A stretch of 50,255 nt of DNA from Myxococcales bacterium (GTDB lineage Bacteria; Desulfobacterota; Binatia; HRBIN30), in assembly GCA_037445065.1 (NCBI GenBank), contig JBBILD010000026.1, positions 1 to 50,255 on the forward strand. Reading direction: 5' to 3'. Numbering within the stretch: position 1 is the stretch's first letter; the number at the start of each line of letters is the position of its first letter. A program made the translations under genes and the position numbers. The notes below the pieces were generated by a model. It worked only from the letters and a program-made list of their open reading frames with translations, ran no database searches and was not told where the DNA came from. Below, piece by piece: positions 8,691 to 18,654 of this stretch.

Positions 8691-10172
8691 ATGGCGAGAC
8701 AATCCGGGTGGTGGGTCATCGCAGCACTGTTTCTTCTGATCGGTTGCCGGCGCGAGGAGGCTGGCACACCCGCGCCACGCAAGGGCTGGAACGTGCTGCT
8801 GATCACCATCGACACCCAGCGTCCGGACCGGCTGAGCTGCTATGGCTACAAGCAGCACCAAACTCCCGCCTTCGACCGCCTCGCGCGCGAGGGGGTGCGC
8901 TTTGCCAACGCATTTTGCGATGTGACCTGGACCACTCCCTCGATGAGTTCGGTGATGACCGGTTCCTACCCGACCCGGCACGGGCTGCGCTCCACCTACC
9001 AGCGGCTAGCAGCAGAGAACATCACTTTGGCGGAAGTGCTGAAGGCAAACGGGTACGCGACTGCGGCGATCGTGGGTTCGTTCCCGGTGGCCGCCATGTT
9101 CGGCCTGGAACAGGGCTTCGACCACTACGACGATCGCTTCTCCGCACCGATCGTGGTCGGGGCTCCCACGCAGCCAGCGCGGGTGGAGAACAAATTTCAC
9201 GAGAACGTGGACGATCAGCGCCTGTTTCAAATGCTCAAGGCGCGCGCCGACGCTTACCGGCCCGACGCCGAAGTCACCGATACGGCGATCCAATGGCTCG
9301 ACCAGAACCGTCCCAAGGATCAGCCCTTTTTCCTCTGGCTACACTACTTCGGGCCACACGAGCTGCAGGACTTACGGCTTTCCCCAGAGGAGCAAAACGT
9401 CCAAATCCTGAGGGAGTACGATGGCCAGGTGAGGGAGACAGACCGTCAGCTCGGGCGCCTGCTCGCCGCCCTGGATCAGCGGGGGCTTACCGGCAACACG
9501 CTCACCATTCTGCACGCGGATCACGGCCAGAGCCTTGGCGAGCACTGGTACGTGGGGCACGGACGGAACCTGTACGATCCCACGTTACGCATCCCCTTGC
9601 TGGTGCGCCTGCCCGGTGTCGTGCCAGCCGGGAAGGTAGTCGAAGCGCTCGCCCGCAACATTGACATCTTCCCTACTGTGCTCGACCTCACCGGCATCAG
9701 GATCAGCCAACCGATCGACGGCGAAACCCTGCGTGTCCTCTGGGAAGCCGACGGCAAGCAGACGCCGGCAGAGCGCGAGCTGTACTGCGAGACGTACATG
9801 CCAGCGATGTCCGCCTTCGCACAAAAAGTCAGCTTCGAAGGCCAGCAGGTCGCCCTGCCCTTTCGCCGCCGGGGGGTGCGCACGAGCCAGTGGAAGTACG
9901 TGATCAACGAACCGTGGCCCATGCTCGACTTCTCCAACCCGCCCCCGATCCCCCCCGCGCTCGCGGAGCGGGAACGTAGCGAAGAACTCTACGACTTGCG
10001 CTCCAACCCACTCGAACTGGCCAAGCACCGGGTGACCGACCGTCCTGATTTGCTCGCAACCTTCCGCGAACGCGTGGAGGAATACGCGCGCACCACCGCT
10101 GCCCCCAGCCAGCGCCGGGAGCTGGACGAGGCGGCCAAGGAACGGCTGCGCAGCCTGGGCTACGAACACTGA
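8691..10172 (+). CDS. Sulfatase-like hydrolase (alkaline phosphatase superfamily), putative lipoprotein
   Basis: GGAGAGG before the ATG; lipobox-like LLIGC; NVLLITIDTQRPD, WTTPSMSSVMTG, HYFGPH, ADHG and EELYDL motifs. Confidence 0.88.
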   Translation: MARQSGWWVIAALFLLIGCRREEAGTPAPRKGWNVLLITIDTQRPDRLSCYGYKQHQTPAFDRLAREGVRFANAFCDVTWTTPSMSSVMTGSYPTRHGLRSTYQRLAAENITLAEVLKANGYATAAIVGSFPVAAMFGLEQGFDHYDDRFSAPIVVGAPTQPARVENKFHENVDDQRLFQMLKARADAYRPDAEVTDTAIQWLDQNRPKDQPFFLWLHYFGPHELQDLRLSPEEQNVQILREYDGQVRETDRQLGRLLAALDQRGLTGNTLTILHADHGQSLGEHWYVGHGRNLYDPTLRIPLLVRLPGVVPAGKVVEALARNIDIFPTVLDLTGIRISQPIDGETLRVLWEADGKQTPAERELYCETYMPAMSAFAQKVSFEGQQVALPFRRRGVRTSQWKYVINEPWPMLDFSNPPPIPPALAERERSEELYDLRSNPLELAKHRVTDRPDLLATFRERVEEYARTTAAPSQRRELDEAAKERLRSLGYEH

Positions 10173-10351
10173 GTCCCCTGGCCACCAGCGGCACCCAAGA
10201 GTGTTGCCCGCGGGGCGCAGCGGAGAGTCCGCGAGCTTGGGCCGGGGCTCATTTTGTCAAGGTTCGGCGGTCCATCGCGGTTCGGAGCGCCCCTCGCCGC
10301 AATTCCTTCAGGGTTGCGACGCAATCTTTGGCGGGCCCGCGTTCCTGGGAT

Positions 10352-10413
10352 GGTGTTTCATCACAAGGTGGGTGTCCATGGAACGGCGGGGCGGCCACAA
10401 GGGCCGCCCCTAC
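10352..10413 (+). repeat. Composite repeat, locus D (minimal copy overlapping a stop codon)
   Basis: GGTGTTTCATCACAAGGTGGGTGTCCATGGAAC 10352-10384 followed by REP-B reversed 10389-10413. Confidence 0.88.
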
Positions 10414-11735
10414 GCTTGCGGCTGCTCCGGCTCTTCAGGAATCGAGGCGTACACGGTGGCGAGCTGCTGCAGCACGTCTTGCGTGGTCACCGGCCGTTTC
10501 TCGGTCGTAGGAGGTTTGCCACCGCGGGAGCGCACGGTGAGGTCCACGTCCGCCGATTCGGCACGCAGCGCGCCCACCGTGCACTTCTCGCGTGGCCGGT
10601 GGCGGAACGGGTCGAAGGAAAAGAAGCGCAAGGCGTTGGCGTGTGTGATTTTATGGATGTCCTCTTCCGGCACGCCTTGAAAGCACTGCCACAGGGCTTC
10701 CGGGGAGCGCGGCCAGGTCGTGTCCGAGTGCGGGTAATCGCACTCCCAAGTGATCGTCTCGACGCCGATCACATCGCGGTTGCGAATGCCCACCGGGTCA
10801 TGGATGAAGCACGACACCACGTGTTCGCGCCACACCTGGCTTGGCTTCTTGCCGCCAAAATCCTGATGCGTCCACACGTGGTGCCGCTCGTGCACGTAGT
10901 CGGCGCGCTCGAGGAAGTACGGGATCCAGCCGATGCCGCTTTCCGACATGGCAAAGCGGATCCCTGGGTAGCGGCGCAGCACCGGCGACCAGAGCAAGTT
11001 CACGGCGCAGTCCACCGAGGCAATCGGCTGCAGGGTGATCATCGTGTCCACGGGTGCATCCATAGCCGAGAACTTCATCCCGGAACCCGAACCGATGTGG
11101 ATGCAGATCACCGTACCTTCGTCCGCGCATGCCTCCCAAAACGGGTTCCAGTACTCGTTGTGCACGCTCGGCCAGCCGTGCGCCTCCGGGCTCTCGGTAA
11201 AGCTCACCGCGCGGCATCCCTTTTTGGCCAGCCGCCGCACCTCCTCGGCCATGAGTTGCGGATCCCAGCACGGCAGCAGTCCCAACGAGATGAAGCGGCC
11301 GGGGTAAGCGCCGCACCACTCGTCCACGTGCCAGTCGTTGTATGCGCGCAGCACTGCCAGCGCCAGTTCGCGATCAGCGCGCTTGGAGATTTTTTCCCCG
11401 AAGAGTCCGGGGAAGGAGGGGAAGCACAAGGAAGCGAGCACGCCGTTGGCGTTCATGTCACGCACGCGCTCGTGCACGTTGTAGGTTCCCGGGCGGAGCT
11501 GATCGAAGGAGGTGGGCTCCATGCCGTATTCTTCCGGCGGGCGGCCCACCACCGCATTCAGCGCCACGTTGGGGAACTGCTCGCCGTCGAACACCCACAC
11601 ATCGCTGCCGTCTTTCTTGCGCACCAAGCGGGGCGCCTTCGACTTCCACTTGAGCGGTAGGTGTTGGTCGAAGAGATTGGGCGGCTCGACCACGTGGTCG
11701 TCAACGCTGACCAGGATCATGTCCTGCAGGCGCAT
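10410..11735 (-). CDS. Amidohydrolase family protein (Amidohydro_2)
   Basis: SVDDHVVEP, LCFPS, AYNDW, CIHIG, SESGIGW and CDYPHSD motifs; GGAGGGAG RBS. Confidence 0.92.
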   Translation of the reverse strand: MRLQDMILVSVDDHVVEPPNLFDQHLPLKWKSKAPRLVRKKDGSDVWVFDGEQFPNVALNAVVGRPPEEYGMEPTSFDQLRPGTYNVHERVRDMNANGVLASLCFPSFPGLFGEKISKRADRELALAVLRAYNDWHVDEWCGAYPGRFISLGLLPCWDPQLMAEEVRRLAKKGCRAVSFTESPEAHGWPSVHNEYWNPFWEACADEGTVICIHIGSGSGMKFSAMDAPVDTMITLQPIASVDCAVNLLWSPVLRRYPGIRFAMSESGIGWIPYFLERADYVHERHHVWTHQDFGGKKPSQVWREHVVSCFIHDPVGIRNRDVIGVETITWECDYPHSDTTWPRSPEALWQCFQGVPEEDIHKITHANALRFFSFDPFRHRPREKCTVGALRAESADVDLTVRSRGGKPPTTEKRPVTTQDVLQQLATVYASIPEEPEQPQA

Positions 11736-11856
11736 CGTCGCTCCCTCCTGTACGCGGAACGTTCAAGCACTTGATTGATTGCCTACCACGACGCGAGCCC
11801 ACGGCTCAAGCACTGCCGCACGGATGTGCCCGCGCGGTGCAGGCGCCGAGGGCGCG

Positions 11857-12999
11857 CTAGATGCGCTCCAGGATCGTGACGGCGGCGTTGGCGCCCCGCC
11901 CCACGGTGTGGGTGAGCCCCAGGCGCGCACCTTCGACCTGACGCGGCCCGGCCCGTCCTTCGAGCTGGCGGCAGACTTCGACGACTTGTGCGAGGCCCGA
12001 GGCTCCCAGCGGCTCGCCTTTGCTCAGCAAGCCGCCGCTCACATTGACCGGCAACCGGCCACCCAGTCGCGTTGCGCCGCTCTCCAGTGCAGCGCGGCAA
12101 CCGCCAGGCGGGCACAACCCGAGTTCGCGGTAGGCCAAGAGTTCGCGCGCGGCATCGGTGTCTTGGCATTCCACCAAATCCAAATCGCGCGCTTCCACGC
12201 CAGCCTCCGCGTAGGCTGCTTGCGCCGCACGCTGGGAGGGGCTCGGCATTCCCGAATCGGCCCAGCCGCTCATCGGAGTGTGTTCTCCGAGGACGTCGCC
12301 ATACACGTGGGAACGCAGCGCCACCGCACGAATACGCACCGCGGCGGCACGCTCAGGCGGACGGCGCGAGAGAACCACCGCGGCGGCACCTTCGTTCGGC
12401 GAGCACAACATCCACAAGTGCAGAGGCGGGCAAACGAGCGGCGAGGCGAGCACCTGCTCGCGGGTCACCGGCTGGCGGAACATCGCGTCCGGGTTTCGCG
12501 CGCCGTGGGCGCGGTTTTTCACCACCACCTCTGCCAAGTGCTCGGGCTTCAGTTCCTCTTCTTCCATCAAGCGTTGGGCCCGCAAGGCAAAGTACGCTGG
12601 CGTGGCGGACAGTCCCGAGCGCTCCTGCCAAGGCTCGAAAAACGAGGAGCGGATCATGCCCTTGGGCATCTTCTCCATGCCGAGAACGAGTACCGAGTCG
12701 TACTGCCCGCCGAGCAGCGCGCTGCGAGCCAAGGCAAGCGCCGCTACGCCGCTAGCGCAGCCGGCCTCGACGTTGACCACCGGCACTCCGGTGGCACCGA
12801 GCAGGCTGAGCACCTTATGCCCAGCTGCCACCCCACCGTACACGGTTCCGCAAAAGACGGCTTGGATCTCGTCGCGACGCACACCGGCGTCGCGCAGCGC
12901 CGCGCGCACCGCCGCTGCACCGAGTTCAGCCAAGCTCTTGTCGGGGAAGCGGCCAAAGGGGTGCAGCCCCGCGCCGGCGACAAACGCTTCGGGCTTCAC
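11857..12999 (-). CDS. SCP2/lipid-transfer-type thiolase family protein with atypical C-terminal catalytic motifs
   Basis: NVEAGCASG, CSPNEGAAA, VECQDTD and NVSGGLLSKGEPLGASG motifs; GTG overlaps the upstream TGA (GTGA). Confidence 0.88.
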   Translation of the reverse strand: MKPEAFVAGAGLHPFGRFPDKSLAELGAAAVRAALRDAGVRRDEIQAVFCGTVYGGVAAGHKVLSLLGATGVPVVNVEAGCASGVAALALARSALLGGQYDSVLVLGMEKMPKGMIRSSFFEPWQERSGLSATPAYFALRAQRLMEEEELKPEHLAEVVVKNRAHGARNPDAMFRQPVTREQVLASPLVCPPLHLWMLCSPNEGAAAVVLSRRPPERAAAVRIRAVALRSHVYGDVLGEHTPMSGWADSGMPSPSQRAAQAAYAEAGVEARDLDLVECQDTDAARELLAYRELGLCPPGGCRAALESGATRLGGRLPVNVSGGLLSKGEPLGASGLAQVVEVCRQLEGRAGPRQVEGARLGLTHTVGRGANAAVTILERI

Positions 13000-13457
13000 T
13001 GCTCCACCTCCCGCGCGCTCTCCGCCGCACCCCCCGAAGCGACCTCCAAAGGGCGAAACGCATAGGTAACGATTTCTGCTCCGTGATCGCTGGTCCCGAC
13101 CACCCAGGCCACACTGCGCACCGGCGCTCCTTTCGCCAATGGGGATGTGCAAAGCAGAGGCGCGATCAATTCGAGCCCACTCCCGTACCGCACCACGGCG
13201 AGGCCAAAGGGAACGGGGCCCGTGAAGCCGGGTGGTGGCGTCGAGACCACGGTGCTGAAGATCACCGCCGCCTGCGAATCGAGCAGCACCGGCTCGACGT
13301 CCGTTTCACCACAGTACGGGCACAATCCGGCACGGGGAAAGAACGCGCGATCGCAGTGGTTGCATTCACTGGCGCAAAGCCGGATCTCGTCGCCTCCGGC
13401 AAGCTCGAACAACCCTTCTCGCACGGGGACCTGCTTTTTCGTACCGGCTGCCTCCAT
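12996..13457 (-). CDS. Zn-ribbon/OB-fold protein (DUF35/ChsH2-like thiolase partner)
   Basis: CNHC..FFP..CPYC followed by PPPGF..PFGLAVV; coupled to the thiolase. Confidence 0.88.
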   Translation of the reverse strand: MEAAGTKKQVPVREGLFELAGGDEIRLCASECNHCDRAFFPRAGLCPYCGETDVEPVLLDSQAAVIFSTVVSTPPPGFTGPVPFGLAVVRYGSGLELIAPLLCTSPLAKGAPVRSVAWVVGTSDHGAEIVTYAFRPLEVASGGAAESAREVEQ

Positions 13458-13649
13458 TCGCTGCTCTCCGCTGCTCCGCTCCGCTCGACCCGCCCTCGCC
13501 CCTGTTGCCTTACGAGATCACCGCGGCCTCGCGCAAGCGCGTCCGCACAGGGCCCTCTTGTGGCGGCCACAACGTGGCCCGATTGGGCCGTGGCCACCGG
13601 GAAGCCGTGGGCAGCAGTAGCCCCTGCACCATGGAAACGGCTTGCACGC

Positions 13650-13858
13650 ACCACCACGGGCGGCCACAAGGGCCGCCCCTACACGGCCCTGGGGGACATG
13701 CGGTGCCACGGGGCGCTAGGTGTTTCATCACAAAGTGGGTGTCCACGGAGCACGCGCAACACGCGATCGAGACACCGTGCCCGCTGCACGCCCATTGCCC
13801 ATTCGCGATTCGCCATTCATCGGCCCACCGCTCGCCGCTCGCTCCCCCAACGGCCGCC
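13650..13858 (+). repeat. Composite repeat, locus E
   Basis: REP-B reversed 13658-13682; GTGGGTGTCCACGGA at 13735; 7-mers from about 13792; the end matches the reverse complement of the start of locus A. Confidence 0.88.
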
Positions 13859-13902
13859 TCGCGCGGTTTTGCACGCGGGCGGAATCGCCGAGCCGGGGTG
13901 CG

Positions 13903-15570
13903 TCAGTGGGCTACCTTGGAGGTAGCGTTCCAAACCGCGGGGCTTACCCACTCGCGCCATTCTGCTTCGGTCATCAGCACGGGCTCGAGCGGCAAGCGGA
14001 GCAGGAACACGGAGCCTGCGCCGGGCGCGCTGCGGCAGCGCAAGTCGCCACCCAGCCGCTCCGCCAGCTCGCGCGCCAGTGCCAAGCCGATCCCCAAGCC
14101 ACCGGCGCGCCGAGTGAGCGAGAGGTCTTGCTGCCAAAACGGCTCGAAGACTTGCTCCACCGCATCCGGAGGGATCCCCGGGCCGTTATCGCGCACGCGG
14201 ACCTCGAGCCAGCGCCCTGGCTCGATCACATCCGCCTCGATGCGTACGGTGCCTTGGGGAGTGAACTTGACCGCGTTGGTGATCAGATTGCGCAAGATGC
14301 AGGCAATTTTATCCGGGTCGCTTTGCAGCGTGGGCAGCGAGCGTGGCGGCAAGTCGAGCAGGATCTTCACGTTCTTGTCACCGGCCAGGGTCTGGCCCCA
14401 GTCCCGCGCTTCTTCCAGCAAATCGGCGATGGCACAGGGCACACGGCGCAACTGACAATGGCCGGCACGCAACTCGGCCAGCAACAGCAGGTCGCTTACC
14501 AGTTCGTTCAAGTGGTGCACGTTGGCGCGCAGGCGCTCGAGCGCCTCGTGAAGCTCCTGTTTGCCTGCGCCTGCGGCCATGGATTCGATCATCTCGGCAT
14601 AACCGAGGATGGCGTGCAGCGGTGTGCGCAACTCATGCGACACCACGCCCAGCAGCTCCCGCCGCAACTGGCGCAAGCCGACCTCGACGCGCGCCCCTTG
14701 GGCTTGGATGTGTTCACCCAGTGCCCCGACCACGGAGCAAAACTCTTTTTCCACGGGGTCGGCCGGGGTGCCGTCTCGGTGCCGCGCGACAAGCACCATA
14801 GGGGGACCCTCCCGGGAACGTCCCACCACAATCCCGACCCCGTCCGCCGCCTCCTCTTCCGGCACCCACGAGCAGCTCATACCCGGAAAGGCCATCTCGA
14901 TGCCGCGGCAGGCGAGTTCCAGCCACGCGCGGCTGGCGCGGTCGGGCTCCTCCGCCTGCAGCAAGCCCAGCAGGGCACGAAACCAGCGGCTCTCCTGTTC
15001 CGCCCGCTCCCGCCGCCAGCGCTCGATTTTCGTTTCCTCGGTCACGTAAGCGTAAAACACCGCGACGATGAAGAAGAACGGCAACCGCAGCCATTCGCCC
15101 GGGCCCAGGTGACCGCCGCTCGACACCCATAGCCAGTAGCCGTAGAGGCTACTGACCACAGCGGCCGCCAGGGCGATTTGCGCAACTCCTTGCGTGGCCG
15201 CGGTCAGGAAGATGGTGAAGAAGTAAATCACCAAGAAGTCCTGCGAAAAGCTCCCAACCGTGAAATACAGGCCGGCGAGAACAAAACCCGTGTCAGCCAG
15301 AAGCAGCGCCGCGGAAAAATTCGTCTGGTGAAACGACGAGGCCGGAACCCAACCCAAGGCTAAGTTGCTTGCCAGCAGCAGGGCTACGTAGGCGAGCGCC
15401 CAGGGGTCGGTGGGATGTGGTCCGAAGACCACTAGGTACGCCGTGCACAGCACCACGACCGTGCGCAGGAGCAACACGGTCCGTTTCTTATCGAGCAGGC
15501 GCCGCCCCTCCGGCGGGTACAAAGTTGGTGTGGACACGCTCGGCGGCGCACTGCTCTCAAGCCACGGCAC
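13903..15570 (-). CDS. Membrane-bound sensor histidine kinase (start uncertain)
   Basis: Several N-terminal TM helices; H-box SHELRTPL, N-box NLITNAVKFT, G1 DNGPGI, G2 GLGIGL. Confidence 0.92.
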   Translation of the reverse strand: MPWLESSAPPSVSTPTLYPPEGRRLLDKKRTVLLLRTVVVLCTAYLVVFGPHPTDPWALAYVALLLASNLALGWVPASSFHQTNFSAALLLADTGFVLAGLYFTVGSFSQDFLVIYFFTIFLTAATQGVAQIALAAAVVSSLYGYWLWVSSGGHLGPGEWLRLPFFFIVAVFYAYVTEETKIERWRRERAEQESRWFRALLGLLQAEEPDRASRAWLELACRGIEMAFPGMSCSWVPEEEAADGVGIVVGRSREGPPMVLVARHRDGTPADPVEKEFCSVVGALGEHIQAQGARVEVGLRQLRRELLGVVSHELRTPLHAILGYAEMIESMAAGAGKQELHEALERLRANVHHLNELVSDLLLLAELRAGHCQLRRVPCAIADLLEEARDWGQTLAGDKNVKILLDLPPRSLPTLQSDPDKIACILRNLITNAVKFTPQGTVRIEADVIEPGRWLEVRVRDNGPGIPPDAVEQVFEPFWQQDLSLTRRAGGLGIGLALARELAERLGGDLRCRSAPGAGSVFLLRLPLEPVLMTEAEWREWVSPAVWNATSKVAH

Positions 15571-15584
15571 GAACGTGCGCCGGC

Positions 15585-15600
15585 TGCAACGGCGGTGCCA
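15585..15600 (-). promoter_or_regulatory. Candidate sigma-54 (-24/-12) promoter
   Basis: Minus strand reads TGGCAC-CGCCG-TTGCA, matching TGGCAC-N5-TTGCW, immediately upstream of the histidine kinase. Confidence 0.55.
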
Positions 15601-15855
15601 CGGCCTCTGGCAACGACCGCTGCGCTTGCGCCACCCGCGGGCGACTTATCCGCGCGTCACTCCGTTAGCGACTCACGCCTTCCGCGTTGCATTTGCCACG
15701 CGGTACCCGTGCTCGGGCAGCCGGGCTCGTACCTTCGTCCGCTTCTGCTGGCCAATCACCACTGCCCCCGTTGCACTCGGCCCGCCTTGCCGTTACCGCA
15801 CACCCGCTGTGCGCTCTGCCGTTGCGGCTGCGTGCAGGCAGGCGCGCGCCGTATC

Positions 15856-17304
15856 TCAGCCTTCGGGAATGAGCAAGACCTGCCCTGCTTGCAGCGGTTT
15901 TCCTTTGCGCAAGCCGTTCTGCTTGCGGATTCGCTCGGGCGAGGTGCCGTACAGCCGCGCGATACTGATCAAAGTTTGCCCCCGCTGCACGCGGTGCTTG
16001 CGCGGCCGGCTCGCGACCACTCGTTTTCGCTCCTGGCGCGCTACCGCACCGCCACCGGGGCTGCTGCCGCGTGCCACCTTCGCGGTACTTGCCTGGCTCC
16101 GCTCCCAAGCGGCGTAGCGTTGCGCAAAGGCCGCCACTTGAGTGGGCGGCATTCTCAAGCGATAGCCGGCAGGAACTGGCAGCCGCCCCGCCACCACTGC
16201 GGGGGTCAGGGCCAGGTTCCACTCCGCCAGCTCGCTAGGATCGAGCCCAGCCGCCCTCGCCAACACAGAAAACGGGGTGCTCCTCCGCAGCGTCACCTGC
16301 TCGGCTGGCCGCGGCCGCTCGAACGGGATGCGGCCGAAATACTGCTCGTGCTCGCGGTCCACCTCCAGCGCCGCCAGAAATTCCGCATAAAAGTTGCGAG
16401 AAGCAAAGCCGAAGCTCGGCCCGCGGTAGCGGCGCACGATCTGTACGAGGTCGCGCGTGCCAAGCGTCTCCACCGCGCGCTGCACCCCTGCTGGGCCGTG
16501 GTTGTATGCGGTAATCGCCAGCGGCCAGGTGCCGAGCCGTGCGTAGTTTTCTTTCAAGAATGCGGCGGCAGCGCGGGTAGCTTCAATCGGGTCGCGCCGC
16601 TCATCAACGACGTTGTCAATACGCAAGAATCTGCGGCCGGTACCGGGAATGAACTGCCAGATGCCAGCTGCTCCTGCTTTTGAATACGCGCGCACGTTGA
16701 AGGCGGACTCGACCAGCGGCAAGCGCGTGATTTCCACCGGTACACCGTGCGCGCGGAAGATCGCTTCCATTTCGGGCAGGTAACGACGCGATACGCGCAG
16801 TCCCTCGCGGAAGCGCTCGCGCAGTCCGCGCTGGGCGCGAATGCGGGTCGGGTCGGCGGCTAGCAAAAACTTTTGTGGATCCGGATCGCGGGCAAACAAG
16901 GCGGCGATGCGCCGCTCCTCCTCGTTCCAGGGCTGCGGCTTTCCCCCGGCTTGGTGCAGGCGCAGAAGCAAGGAGCGAATCCGCTCCTTTTCCTGGTCCA
17001 CGCGAATTTGCACGTAAGCCGGCAGGACATCGCTGGAGAGTTCATCGCGCGCGGAGGAGAAATCCAAGGTCGAGTAGACGCGGTCCAACTCCCACGCATC
17101 GTGGATGACCACCTCGTATACACTGTAACGAGCGAAGACATCCTTCCAGAACTCCACCTGCGTTCGCAGCTCCGGAGGGTTGGGCAGCGCACTTGCCAGT
17201 GCAGCAGCGGCCGAACAACAAAACGCCGCGATCAGCAGAATTCCGCCGGCCACTCCCCCTCTTCCCCACCGACACCGGAACCCTGCATCCGTTCGCGACC
17301 ACAT
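15856..17304 (-). CDS. Lytic transglycosylase (SLT/MltD-like) with C-terminal LysM (start uncertain)
   Basis: LPLVESAFN, AAGIWQFI and AYNHG motifs; LysM HRVQRGQTLISIARLYGTSPERIRKQNGL. Confidence 0.9.
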   Translation of the reverse strand: MWSRTDAGFRCRWGRGGVAGGILLIAAFCCSAAAALASALPNPPELRTQVEFWKDVFARYSVYEVVIHDAWELDRVYSTLDFSSARDELSSDVLPAYVQIRVDQEKERIRSLLLRLHQAGGKPQPWNEEERRIAALFARDPDPQKFLLAADPTRIRAQRGLRERFREGLRVSRRYLPEMEAIFRAHGVPVEITRLPLVESAFNVRAYSKAGAAGIWQFIPGTGRRFLRIDNVVDERRDPIEATRAAAAFLKENYARLGTWPLAITAYNHGPAGVQRAVETLGTRDLVQIVRRYRGPSFGFASRNFYAEFLAALEVDREHEQYFGRIPFERPRPAEQVTLRRSTPFSVLARAAGLDPSELAEWNLALTPAVVAGRLPVPAGYRLRMPPTQVAAFAQRYAAWERSQASTAKVARGSSPGGGAVARQERKRVVASRPRKHRVQRGQTLISIARLYGTSPERIRKQNGLRKGKPLQAGQVLLIPEG

Positions 17305-17787
17305 CTCCCAGCACCCGAGCACCGACCAAGCTAGCAAAGGGGAAAACGTCGAGGCAACGAAGAATCTACTCGGAGCTCGCCGCGACTGATTGCAAACCAC
17401 CCCGCCGTTGCTGGTCTAGACCAACCCGCCCCGCCCTGCCCCTGGGGCCGCCGGCAGCACACGCGACCCAGCAGAATGCGGCGCTCCACAAGTCCGCGGC
17501 TGCATCCGTCCCGCAAGCTCCTCCGGGCGTCGCGCTCGGCAGACCCGGATCGCGCCGGCGCGAGGCGCACACGCGACGGCACCTGCATGCTGCGGTCAGC
17601 GGGTAGCGAGGCGTACCGACCATGCTGCAGACGCAAAACACTCCCGTATGCTCCGTGCGGTGCACGCAGCCCGCGAATTCGGCAAGGAGGGGCGAAAGGA
17701 ACTCCGCTCGAGGATGCCAGTTTTTTCAAGCCGGGGCGGCCGAGCGCCCCTAAGTTGGGGCCGTCAACTTCGCTCGGGAGGTTTGGA

Positions 17788-18645
17788 ATGGAATGGTTTC
17801 GCTGGGTGTTTCGTTACGCGGCATGGCCACTCATGATGTTCGGATTTGGCGGCGCAGTCGTATGGCTCGGGGCGGGTGGGGCGAGGATGGTGCTTTTGTT
17901 CTTGGTGCTGGGCGGGGCAGTGGCCTTCTGCTTTTTGAGCGAGCGCCTGATTCCGTACCAGCCGGACTGGAACCGCGATCGCGGCGACACCGTGCGCGAC
18001 TGGCTGCACGCGCTGGTGAACATCACGCTCAACCGAGCCGCTTTGTGGCTTCTTCCCGCGTTCGCGTGGCTCTCCCCTGGCGGGGGAGCGTGGCCGCACT
18101 ACTGGCCCTTTGCGCTCCAGGTGGTGCTAGCGGTGCTGGTCTTGGATTTCGGCATCGCCGCCGCGCACCACGCCAGCCACCGCTTCGAGCTGCTCTGGCG
18201 CTTCCACGCCGTGCACCACAGCCCCAAGCGCCTGTACGGCTTCAACGGCCTCATGAAGCATCCCGTGCATCAGTCCATCGAACTCGTTGCCGGTGTGCTG
18301 CCCTTGCTGCTGCTCGGCATTCCGCGCGAAGTCGCTGTCACCCTGCCCTTCCTGGTGAGCATCACCTTGCTCTGTCAGCACAGCAACGCGGATTTTTGCA
18401 GCGGCTACTTTCGCTACCTCTTTGCCAACGCCGAAGTGCACCGCTTTCATCACAGTAACGATGCCAGCAAGGGCGACGTGAACTTCGGACTCTTCACCAA
18501 CCTGTACGATCACCTGGCCGGGACGTTTCACTACCAGGCTGGCAAAGCTCCGCGCGCGAGTGAGGCCATCGGCATTCATGACCGTCCGGATTACCCCACC
18601 CGCTACCTTGCCCAACTGATCGAACCATTTCGGGCGTTGGGGTAA
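17788..18645 (+). CDS. Sterol desaturase/fatty acid hydroxylase family membrane protein
   Basis: GGGAGG RBS; His boxes HHASH, HAVHH and HRFHH; NFG..D motif. Confidence 0.9.
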   Translation: MEWFRWVFRYAAWPLMMFGFGGAVVWLGAGGARMVLLFLVLGGAVAFCFLSERLIPYQPDWNRDRGDTVRDWLHALVNITLNRAALWLLPAFAWLSPGGGAWPHYWPFALQVVLAVLVLDFGIAAAHHASHRFELLWRFHAVHHSPKRLYGFNGLMKHPVHQSIELVAGVLPLLLLGIPREVAVTLPFLVSITLLCQHSNADFCSGYFRYLFANAEVHRFHHSNDASKGDVNFGLFTNLYDHLAGTFHYQAGKAPRASEAIGIHDRPDYPTRYLAQLIEPFRALG

Positions 18646-18654
18646 AAGGGCCCC

